From contig NC_042999.1 in the NCBI RefSeq assembly GCF_006345805.1, forward strand, positions 119,288,001 through 119,352,000: a DNA stretch of 64,000 bases, in the 5' to 3' direction. Below are positions 1 to 10,500 of this stretch, in pieces. Each line of letters opens with the position of its first letter. Position 1 is the first letter of the stretch. The position numbers and the translations under genes are program-made. The stretch comes from Octopus sinensis (lineage: Eukaryota). Below the pieces are notes generated by a model that did no database searches, was not told where the DNA came from, and worked only from the letters and a program-made list of their open reading frames with translations.

Positions 1-310
1 ACGTGAGGGCTACAAGGTCTGATCTTGATCTGCAGAAGCAATAACATTTACTGCATGTGTAACTATTTGACACAATGGAGAAGTGATTCCTCTCATGTTC
101 GCTTTTAAATTCTCTTGGTTGTTTCTCCTTGATGACTGAAATTACGAGCTTCAATGATCAGTAACATTCATTGTGCCACAGGGCTTTCTCCTCCCAGGTG
201 TCTGGGGAAAAGTCAGATTTCTTCATATGTTTCTTCACATCACTGTGTTGCAAACTGTCTTTGAAAGCCTGCTGTCCTCCATCCTGCAAATACATCCCAC
301 CCATTGTAGC
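1..310 (-). mobile_element. Degraded RTE/BovB-type LINE 3' end
   Basis: Minus-strand translation across frameshifts gives WVGCICRMEDSRLSK...GGQQAFKDSL...MKKSDFSPDTWEEKA...YTCSKCYCFCRSRSDL, matching the RTE/BovB C-terminus (W.GH..RM.D.RLPK; GGQ..R.KD.LK; terminal C..C zinc finger). Confidence 0.6.
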
Positions 311-315
311 TGTGG

Positions 316-420
316 TGAGGCAAAGTCAACCTTGGAGGAATTTTACCTCAGAATGTTAAGGTAGATGAAACACCACTAAGCATTATGCCTGGCAATCTAG
401 CAATTCTGTCAGCTCATCAC
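316..420 (-). mobile_element. tRNA-derived SINE family 1, 5' half
   Basis: aggcaaagtcaaccttggaggaattttacctcagaatg...ctgtcagctc matches the reverse complement of the 5' half of the copy at 4594-4830. Confidence 0.6.
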
Positions 421-804
421 TTTGTTCCTGATATTAAACTAGATAGTGATATCTCTTGACTGGAAATCAGAGATTTTATCAAAGTGACAGTATTAGAGGA
501 TCTTCCTTTTGAAAAACTTCCTCAAGTTTGAATGTCTAAGACCTACCATTTCAAATCTGCAGCTATTAGATCAACAACTATCATAGACTGGTTACACCTC
601 TGGTCCTCAATTTTTCTGCCTAGTTAATACATTGCAGACAAAGCTTGACTATCCACCAAACATTTGCGGTTCAGCTTCACATAAACATTATGAGTGCGAA
701 ATTCCAATTAACAAAAGGAATAGCACATTAACTAATTCCCAATAAATATAAACACTGCATTTTGTATTTAATACCATTCTCCTGTTTTCCTAAATATAAC
801 TTTA

Positions 805-1250
805 CATCTATTTATCTATCTATCTATCTGTCTGTCTGTCTGTGTGTTTGTTTCTTTGCCTGTCCATCCGTCCATCTGTTTGCTGTCTATCTGTCAGTTT
901 GTCTGTCTGTATGTACGTATGTCTGTCTGTCCATCCTTCCATCCATCCATCTACTTATATATCTCTCTATTTTTCTCTCTCTCTCGCTCTCTTTCTCTCT
1001 GTCTATATATACACACAAATTCACATAGATACATACACATACATACATGCACACATACATACTTACATGCACACATACATACATACACACTCACACACAC
1101 ATACATACATGCATGCATACATACATACGTTCATACATACATGCATACATACATACATACATACATACATACACACATACACGCATACACACACATACAC
1201 ACACACATGCATGCATACATACATACATACATATATCCGTGTATGTTTAC
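805..1250. repeat. Compound (TCTA)/(TCTG)/(CT)/(CATA)n microsatellite
   Basis: Directly visible tandem di- and tetranucleotide runs. Confidence 0.95.
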
Positions 1251-1678
1251 ACATCTATAGGTAGCCAAATTTTATTTTTTAATATAAATTAATATTTGAT
1301 ATTATATGCATCCATTGCAAATATTCTTCATTTTGTAAATCAAATTATGTAGGAAGCCTTTCATAATTAATGACTGGCATCACAGCATTGTATTAATTAA
1401 TTTAGGCAGCAGAATTGACAGGGGATTTAAGCTAATGGATAATATAATGAAAACAGTAAATATGTATTTGGAAAAAGGACAAACTTGCAAAGGATGTAAT
1501 ATCACTTGTGGTTCTACTACCATTTGCAAATAATCATGTGCTATTTAGTATTTAAAAAAAAAAAACTATATAGCATTATTTTATTGTGTCTGAGGAGAGT
1601 CATTCTCTTTTAGTACCTTATTAATTTAAAATACTCACCGGTGTGTTAAATTTCCTCTCATTTACTTATTATTTTTTA

Positions 1679-1715
1679 CTAAAATTTTCGTTGCGACTTG
1701 CAACCTTTACAATAG
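1679..1715 (-). ncRNA. Degenerate minimal hammerhead-like motif
   Basis: Minus strand reads CTA TTGTAAA G GTTGC-AAGTC-GCAAC GAAA ATTT TAG: perfect 5-bp hairpin directly before GAAA, palindromic AAAATTTT, CTA/TAG closing stem. The core is not canonical. Confidence 0.3.
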
Positions 1716-1904
1716 TCATTGATTCTGTCCATTGAGAATGTCTTCAACTGTTTTGTCTGTTAGGAAATGTCACAATCAAGAATAAATTAGTTGTCTTACC
1801 AGTTTTTTGAGCAATGTATGAAAAGCTAAAAAGAGTTGTTTATCCGAGGAAAAAGCGGTCAACTGCTGTTCAAGTGTGAATTATTTCACTCACAGAAACC
1901 CACC

Positions 1905-4180
1905 TCATATTTTCATTTCTTCATCTTTGCCTTCGGAATCTTTGTCATCACCATCATTCTCATCAGTGTCATCATCATCATCAAAGTCATCATTTTTGTC
2001 ATAATTGTAGCCACTGTCATCATAATAATCATGAATGTGATTATTGTTGATATCATCATCATTATCTTCATCATCATCATCGTCGTCATCATCGTCAGTG
2101 TCATCATTGTTATCATCATCTTTATGATCCATCGACTTTGTTGCCATTGTTGCTGTTATCATTACCATTGTCATCAGCACCAATGCTACCATAATTATTA
2201 TTGTATTGTCATCATCCTCATCACCATTTTATGTCCATTTTAGCAAGCTTAGATTGGCAGAAATGCTTTCTCCAGTATAACGTTTTGTCTGCTAGTGTAG
2301 ACTCTTGTCATCATCTTCATGAGACTGACGTTCATTTCTTCTTTCTTTGTCTTCTTTGATGTCCTTGTTCTTCAGATTTTGTTTTCTGCTCTCTTCGATT
2401 GCTCCTTAGTTCTTTACATCAAAATATAACTCAAGAATGTTTCCCTATGAAGACTTCAGTATAGCTGCAATTTAATTTTCAGCAGTGCTAGATCAGTCTC
2501 TCAACTGAACATCAGGGGGAAGAAAAGAAAAGAAGAAAAAACAAAAACAAAACAAAAAAAAACTGAAGTATTTGAAAGGGGGTTTGAATCAAGAGACTTG
2601 AAGTTGAATATGTCAAGGAGAAAATGGGGATAGCAAGAACTTTGCATAATTAAAATGACAGAAAATTGGAAAGCGATAAACATATTCTTCACCTGACACA
2701 CCTCTGCCTCATCATCATCACCCCCTCCTCCTCGTTAATGTCATCATCATCATCATCCTCATCCTCCACTTTATCATCATCATGTTTATTTTTCTATGGT
2801 TTGATTGGTGGATGTGTTTTCTCCAACGTAACATCTCACCAGATATTGCAATCTCTTGTCATCTCCTTCATAAGATCAGCCTTCAGCTCTTATTCCTGTG
2901 TCTTCTTTGATGACCCTCTTCTGCAGGATGTTTTGGGGGTTCCCTCCTCCCATTTTCATTGCTTGGCACTTCTTTACATTACAATATATCATATGGGGAC
3001 TTCAGTATACTAGCAACTTAATTTTCAGTGCTTAGTCAATTTTGTAACAGCTAGAAAAAAAGAAAAAGAAAAAGAAAAAACTAGCAAACTGGTTTCGAAT
3101 AAGAGACCTGAAGTAGAAAATGGTAATAGAAAGAGCTCTGCATAATTGAAATGACAGAAAATTGGAAAGAGACAAATACATTCTTCATCTGACAAACATA
3201 GGAAATGAATATTAAGCTAATGATGAATGGGATAAAAATGATGATGATGATAATGATGAGAAGAACAATGACAATGACAAGAATATTGTTGCATTGATGA
3301 CGATGATGATGATGGTGATGACGACGACCACCATGATGATGATGATGACCACAACCATGATGATGATGACGACGACCACGATAATGATGACGACGACGAC
3401 AACCACAATGATAATGGTGATTGTGTTCATAGTGGTAGTGGTGACTGTGTTGACGGTTTTTTTTATGGTGACGATGAGGATGATAATGAAGATGGTGGTG
3501 GATATGATGATGATGATGAGGATGATGGCAATGACAATAATGATGGTGGTAGTGGCAGTAACATTGATTATTTTATTGGTGATGGTGAGGATGATAACAA
3601 CAATGACAATTATTCTGGAGACGACCACGATGACAATGATGATGATGGTTGTGGTGTAGGATGATGCCAATGAGGATGATGATGATGGTCGTCATGGCAG
3701 TAATGATGGATTTTTTTTTGATGGTGATGGTGAGGATAATGACAACAAAGATAACGATTATGATAACGATGAGGATAATGACAATGATGATGATAATGGT
3801 CATGGTGGTGAAGGTGGTGATGATGACTTCTGATGACAATGATAACAACAACAAGAATAATGATAACAGTAACGAAGATGCTGGCAACAATGATGGTCGT
3901 GATGGTAGTGAGTGGTGGTGAAGGTGAATTTTGATGATGACGATGATGCTGACAACAATGATTATGACGAAAGGAAGATGATGATAGTGAGATGAAGATG
4001 AGATGATGATGACAATGATGATGGCAACGACAATGATGTTGATGATGACCACAACGACGACGATGATGACAATGATGATGACAATGATAAGGGTGGCGGT
4101 GATGATGAAGATGATGATAATGATGATGACGACGACGACAATGATGATGACGACGATGACAATGATGATGGTGACTGTTT
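1905..4180. repeat. Degenerate (ATC)n arrays (1905-2230, 2705-2780) and (GAT)n array (3215-4180)
   Basis: Visible trinucleotide low complexity; source of the poly-I/M/D/S ORFs. Confidence 0.9.
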
Positions 4181-4462
4181 ATGCTGCACCTGCTAGTGCT
4201 ACTGAATAATTGGCCAAATCAAATCCCTTCACAGACATAAACTTATTCATTATGCAGACAACAAATATCAATATACATCATACACCTTATCACCTAAACA
4301 ACACACATACAAACAGAGGATATCTGAACATCATTGAAGTAAACAACATAACTCACTGACAGGTGGACTCAACCAGGTGGAGAAGATGCAGGCAGGGACT
4401 TCTGAATTCAACATTATTCTGTGAAGCTTAAAGACTAATTTGAATGATGATGATGATAATAG

Positions 4463-4572
4463 TTTCAAATTTTGGCATAAGACCATCAATTTTAGGTGAA
4501 GGGGAAGTTGGTTACATCAACCCCAGTGCTCAACTGGTACTTAATTTATCAACCCTGAAAGGATGAGAGGCA
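4463..4572 (-). mobile_element. SINE family 1 (3'-variant B) fragment
   Basis: tttggcataagacc...aaccccagtgctcaactggtacttaatttatcaaccctgaaaggatgagaggca shares the central domain with the 4594 copy. Confidence 0.7.
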
Positions 4573-4593
4573 ATAATAATAATAATAATAATA

Positions 4594-4830
4594 AGGCGAG
4601 CTGGCAGAGACGTTAGTGCGCCAGAGACGTTAGTGCGAAATGCTTAGCGGTATTTCGTCTACCACTATGTTCTGAGTTCAAATTCCACTAAGGTCGACTT
4701 TGCCTTGCATCCTTTCGGGGCTGATAAATTAAGTACCAGTTACGTACTGTGGTTGATGTAATCGACTTAATCCCTTTCCCTGTCCTTGTTTGTCCCCTCT
4801 ATGTTTAGCACCTTATGGGTAATAAAGAAA
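4594..4830 (+). mobile_element. Full-length tRNA-derived SINE family 1 (3'-variant A)
   Basis: gctggcaga...gttctgagttcaaattc (B-box-like)...gtcgactttgccttgcatcctttcgggg...agtaccag...atgggtaataaagaaa; about 11 related copies in the window; the central domain resembles the Meta-type SINE domain (from memory). Confidence 0.85.
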
Positions 4831-4855
4831 AAAATATATAAATAATAATAATCGT

Positions 4856-5160
4856 CATCATCATCGTTGTCGTTGAATGTCCGCTTTCCATGCTAGCATG
4901 GGTTGGACGATTTGACTGAGGACTGGCAAACCAGATGGCTGCACCAGGCTCCAATTTGATCTGGCAGAGTTTCTACAGCTGGATGCCCACTCCGAGAGTG
5001 TAGTGGCTGCTTTTATGTGCCACCGACATGAGGGCCAGTCAGGCGGTACTGGCAACAACCACGCTCAAAAGGTGTTTTTTACGTGCCAGCTGCACAGGAG
5101 CCAGTCCAGTGGCACTGGCAATGACCTCGCTCGAATGTTTTTCACATGCCAGTAAGACAA
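4856..5160 (-). mobile_element. (GAT)n-tailed RTE-related SINE-like family 3
   Basis: tcgttgaatgtccgctttccatgctagcatgggttggacg...ctacagctggatgccc matches copies at 30845, 34090, 44762 and 55845. Confidence 0.8.
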
Positions 5161-5187
5161 TGATGATGAAGATAATAATGGCTTCAA

Positions 5188-5533
5188 CTTCAGGCACAAG
5201 GCCAGCAGTTTCAGGGAAGGGGCTAAGTTGATTTCATCCATCCAAGTGTTCAACTTGTACTTATTTTATCGACCCTGAAAGGATGAAAGCAAAGTCTACC
5301 TTGGCAGAATTTGAACTCAGAACGTAAAGGCAGATGAAATACCAATAAGCATTTTACCTAGTGTGCTAATGATTCTGCCAGTTTGTCACCTTAATAATAA
5401 TAATAATGATGATAAAAAGGGTCAAAATTTTTGGCACAAGAGCAGCAATTTTAGAGGAAGGGGTAAGTCAATTACATTGACCTCAGTACTCAACTGGTAC
5501 TTGATATATCAACCCTGAAAGCATGAAAGGCAA
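5188..5533 (-). mobile_element. Two SINE family 1 (variant B) copies (5188-5392, 5423-5533)
   Basis: ggcacaaggccagcag...gaccctgaaaggatgaaagcaaagtc...gaactcagaacg; the second copy is truncated at gaaaggca. Confidence 0.75.
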
Positions 5534-5559
5534 TAATAAGAAGAAGAAGAAAAAGAAGA

Positions 5560-5805
5560 AACCATGTCTCAGAGAAAGCCGAAAGATTGTACTGACAAGT
5601 ACTGCCTATATCCTTAGAAAACCCTATCTATTTAAATGCCTGTGTTGTATTACATGAAGATATTTCACTATTTCCCCTCCTCCCCAAGCTTCTAAGTTTT
5701 CAGTCGTACTGTAACATCTCTTATCCTTCACTTGCCTCAGGATACTGGGTGCATCTTGGCAAATGACTGTAACAAACATGCAGATTAAAAATAAATAAAC
5801 AATCA
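5560..5805 (+). mobile_element. R4/Dong LINE extreme 3' fragment
   Basis: aagattgtactgacaagtactgcctatatccttagaaaaaccctatctatttaa = KIVLTSTAYILRKTLSI*, followed by a 3'UTR ending in (TAA)n. Confidence 0.65.
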
Positions 5806-5859
5806 TAATAATAATAATAATAATGAGATGAAGAAGAAGAAGCAATATTGATCCCAACA

Positions 5860-6172
5860 ACAGGATCAATGAGAAGGAGGAAGAAAAAATAAACAACTAT
5901 GACGATTTGAAGTGAGAAATTTGAAGGTTGTGGTCATGAGGAGAGTAGATGTGATACCAATAGTATCAGCTCTCAACTACCAAAATGGTTGAAAAATATT
6001 GGTGCAAGTGTGAAAGTAGAACACCTACAGCAATCAACATTGCTTGGAACTACAAGAATTCTTTGCAGGGTTCTTCAAGCATGACCAGTAAACAAATGTC
6101 ACCTTAGTTTGCTGGCTGTGAACAGTTGACATTTTCCATCATACGCAGCAAAATAAGCTGAGTTTTCATCAC
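5860..6172 (+). mobile_element. R4/Dong LINE 3' fragment (REL C-terminus + 3'UTR)
   Basis: Translates across lesions to EKEEEKINNYDDLK*EI*RLWS...VIPIV...LPKWLKNIGASVKVEHLQQSTLLGTTRILCRVLQA*; ends in (TAA)n. Confidence 0.75.
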
Positions 6173-6211
6173 AGAATAATAATAATAATAATTATGATGA
6201 TGATGACAATC

Positions 6212-6396
6212 ATTTCTACTACAGACATAAAGCCAGAAATTTTAGAGTAGGTAGCTAGTTGATTACAACAACCCCCAAAGCGATAGAAGGAAAAGTTGCC
6301 CTCAGCAGAATTTGAACTCAGAATGAATGTAAAGATGAACAAAATGCTGCTAAGCATTCTCTTATGTTTGCAAACGATTCTGCCAGCTCACTGTGT
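6212..6396 (-). mobile_element. SINE family 1, diverged copy
   Basis: gcagaatttgaactcagaatg...gctaagcatt...aacgattctgccagctc. Confidence 0.65.
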
Positions 6397-6397
6397 A

Positions 6398-6430
<33 letters not shown>

Positions 6431-6432
<2 letters not shown>

Positions 6433-7492
6433 CAAATTTCGGAATTAGACATACAAGAAACAAGCACAGAAAAAGCTAAGCGCATGAAAATCCGTGCTAA
6501 AACTGCGGCCTTAGATATTCTGAATGATAAATGGCAAGAAAAACCTCTCTATGGCAAATACCCAAAGAGAGCGAATAATGCAGATGTTGACAAAGCCCTG
6601 ACCCAACAATGGCTAATGGCCTCTGGCTTAAAATCTGAAACAGAAGGGTTTATCATAGCAGCTCAAGATCAATGCCTACCAACAAGAAACTACCAGGCCA
6701 ACATATTAAAGAACGGCAGTAGCCCAACATGTCGTGTATGTCAACAACAAAATGAAACCATTGATCATGTTGTCTCCAAGTGCAGTCTTCTAGCGCCTAC
6801 AGAGTATCTCAACAGGCATGATAGAGCTGCACAATATATTCACTGGGTAATTTGCAAAAACCTGGATTTGCCCAATGAAAAATACTGGTGGGAACACAAA
6901 CCACCTCCACTGCTTGAAAATGACCACATCTCACTCCTCTGGAACTTCACCATTCAAACTAACAGAAAGATAGATGCAAATAGGCCAGACATCATATTGA
7001 AAGACTTCAGACAAAGAACATGCCTCCTCACTGATATGACTGTCCCAATTGATATAAATGTATCTGTCAAGACCTACCAAAAACTGAGCGAATATAAAGA
7101 TCATGAAATAGAAATCAGCAAAATGTGGAACCTGAAAACTAAAACAATACCTGTTGTCATAGGTGCCCTGGGAATGATAGTGAAAGGGGCTGATTGCTAC
7201 CTAACTCAGATACCAGCAAACCCAAAAATGGCAGAAATTAAAAAGATAGTGCTCATGGGAATTGCTCATATCCTACGCAAAATACTTTCTATGTAATCTC
7301 AGGGTTTAAAACAAACATAATTTTCGGTTTTTTTTTTTTGGACATTCACTAGTACAACAGCAAAAAAAAGAGACCAAATATATGGCACACTAGGCATAAC
7401 AACAACATGAACTTCCAACCTGTTGTCTCTTGAGGTCTCTGGGTGAGACTTGGAGCCAACTTGTACAAATATAAAGCAAAAGTCAAACATAG
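6431..7492 (+). mobile_element. 5'-truncated R4/Dong LINE (open ORF 6484-7296: RT tail, CCHC knuckle, REL endonuclease)
   Basis: KWQEKPLYGKY, GLKSETEGFIIAAQDQ, CRVCQQQNETIDHVVSKC, NRPDIILKD, DMTVP, QKLSEYKD, IPVVIGALG; (TAA)n on both sides. Confidence 0.9.
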
Positions 7493-7560
7493 AATAATAA
7501 TAATAATAATAATGATAATAATAAAAATAATAATTAAAAAAAAAAATAATAATAATAATA

Positions 7561-10500
7561 ACACCGGGGACGTTTAAGATGGGAACACCGGGGATGTTTA
7601 AGATGTAAAAACGATAAAGCAGTGCTCCGAAATCTATCCACAAACATCGAAAACGAAGACATCATATGGAGCCAAAAATTTACTAACAAAGGACTGGACT
7701 ATATCCGAGTAAGTAATACTAATTGAAATTTATTACTATTTTCGAAACGAAATGATGTATTTTAACTCGATATCATCTCCGCCTCTAACACAACACATGT
7801 AAACATGCATGAAACATTATGATCCATCAACACCAGATCATCCCTGACCACAAACACCATGTACAAAAAAACTACGAAGAAATTAAATAACACCGATATT
7901 ATTCAACCCAAGAATAACAATCGGGAAGTACGTACTTTAAACTTACAACACAAAATGTACGAAAAACTACACATGCAAAACAATGTGACAACAGAAATGA
8001 ACGGACCGGTACCCTACAAAAATGACGACCGTCAAAATAATGGGCCGGACGTTGTTCCTCATGTCCCGCAAATAAAACCCAAAAGACATAAATGGACACG
8101 TGAGGAATACATTTCTATCCTACATGCTTACTTCACAGCAGTGCTCTACCCAAAAAATGAAAACACAACAACACATACATATAAAATATGGAAGGAAAAT
8201 AACATAAATATAGACTTGGATACAGCAATGAACCCTAATAAACTAGAAAACGTACGAAGATACATTCTCAGTGCCAAAAAAATATCAGAAATAGAAATAG
8301 AACATCTAAAAGAAAAAATACATCAGGAAAATGTAGATAGAAGCCACACAACAATGCCCAATAATATAAACACTGAAACAGTAAAACACGAAGACAAACG
8401 TAACATTCCCAACAAACACGATGTAAACAAAAAACAACAAACCCAGACCGTAAGGATGCATGATAATACACGACAAACAAACATACGAACGTGAAAGAAA
8501 GTGACACAAATGTAAAACCTGGAAACAACGAAGGGGAGCCTAATGATTATGATACTATAAAAAGTAGAATAATCAAAGAACTGAAAGACACAGATCTCAA
8601 GATGGACCACCGACCATACCTCCCAAAAATCAAAATAGACGAAACAACAACATCAATTATAAACAGCATAAACCTAGCCATCACGGAACTAATAGCCACT
8701 GAAACAAAAAGCGATATCACTGAGCTAAATGACTTAGTATATGCAGCAGCCACTGCAGCCACAAAAGAAGCTGGATACTCACTCAAACCCATCCAAACAG
8801 AAGTACCACCACCCAAACAAACCCTGTGGTTAAATAACATCCAAAACAAAATACAAAAAATGAGAAAAGATCTGTCGATTCTTAATGAAATCAGTAGACA
8901 ATCAACGCTACTAAACAACAAAAAGAAAACAAAAATACTCCGCAAATACAACATCACAGAAAAAGATTTACCTGAGATAAAAGAAAAACTAAAGCAAGAT
9001 ATCCTTGCCAAAGCACAAAGGATCCGCCGGTACGAGAAACGCCAGCGCTTAATTGAACAAAACAAAAAGTTCAACTCCAACCCCAAAAAGTTCTACCAAG
9101 AACTTGGCAAAAATAAAATAGAAATCACTGCAGCACCAACGGCAGAAGAAGTGGAAGAATTCTGGAGAGAAATATGATCGGCGTATGAACAACAAAAAAA
9201 AAGGAGTATTAAACCAACAAACTCAGCATCTGAGCAACTTTGGACCCCCATAGCAACTGAAGAGGTCACCCAGGCACTGCAAAGACTAAGCAACTGGAAG
9301 GCACCTGGGCATGACAAGATCCCCAACTTCTGGTTGAAATATCTAACAGGAATGCACAAAAAGCTGGCTGAAAACTTTAACAACATACTAGCAGAGCCAG
9401 AGACAATACCTGAATGGCTCACGAAGGGGAAAACCATCTTAATTCCCAAATCAAATGAGACAGCAAAACCAGAAAACTACAGACCAATAACCTGTCTCCC
9501 TACAATGTACAAGGCATTTACTGCAGTGATATCGCAAAGGTTGAACAAGCACCTGGACGAAAACAACCTGTTTCCAGAAGAGCAGAAAGGATGTCACAAA
9601 GGCTCATATGGCTGTAAAGATCAACTAATGATTAATAAAGCCATAACTGAAGACAGCCACAGAAAGAAGAAAGGCCTCAGTATGGCCTGGATCAATTACA
9701 AAAAGGCATTTGATAGCATCCCCCTCACATGGATCCTCAAAACACTAGCCATTAACAAAGTAGCACCAACAATTATAAAATGTATAGAGCACTCTATGAA
9801 TAAATGGCAAACAGTGCTACAGCTCCAAACAAAAGAGGGACTCATGAAAACCAAAGCCATCCCCATTAGAAGAGGAATATTCCAGGGAGACACGCTCTCT
9901 CCACTCCTTTTCTGCTTGGCACTGTCACCTCTATCTGATATACTAAATAGAACTGGATGCGGATATAAATGTTACGGCAAAACGATCAGCCACATTTTAT
10001 ATATGGATGACCTAAAACTATACGCTGCAAATGACAAACAGCTGGAAACACTATTAAAGACAGTTCATGGATTTACCAAAGAAATAGATATGAAATTTGG
10101 ATTAGAAAAATGCACCAAAGTAACCCTGAAAAGAGGAAAACTAGTTAAGATTAACAACATCACACTAGATAAAACCAATGAAATAAAAGAATTAGACCAA
10201 AGCCAAACTTACAAATACTTAGGAATCCATGAACTAGATAAGACACAACACACACAAATGAAAGAGAAAATAAAAAAAGAATATTATAGACGAGTTAGAT
10301 CAATACTAAAAACAGAGCACAACGCTAAAAACAAGATAATAGGTATTAACACTTTAGCTGTCCCATTTATAAGTTACAGCTACAATATCCTTAACTGGAC
10401 ACTAAATGAACTGACCAAAATAGATAGGAAAACAAGAAAAATAATGACAGGATCTAGGATGCATCACCCAAAATCTGACATAGAAAGACTATATATACAA

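Noticed and set aside
1590-1612. CTGAGGA followed by a GAG/CTC hairpin
   Set aside because: Followed by TTTTAG rather than GAAA; no stem III.
762-4209. Numerous ORFs rich in Y/I/H/T/M/D/S
   Set aside because: Translations of di-, tri- and tetranucleotide microsatellites; the same applies at 21.7, 34.6, 43, 49-51.9 and 61-64 kb.
4594-4700. tRNA genes at SINE heads
   Set aside because: B-box-like motifs are present but there is no complete cloverleaf, and they continue into SINE bodies.
7561-7858. Possible HDV-like ribozyme in the Dong 5'UTR
   Set aside because: Only a 24-bp direct duplication (aacaccgggga.gtttaagatg) is visible; I could not build the nested double pseudoknot by eye. An RNAMotif scan would settle it.
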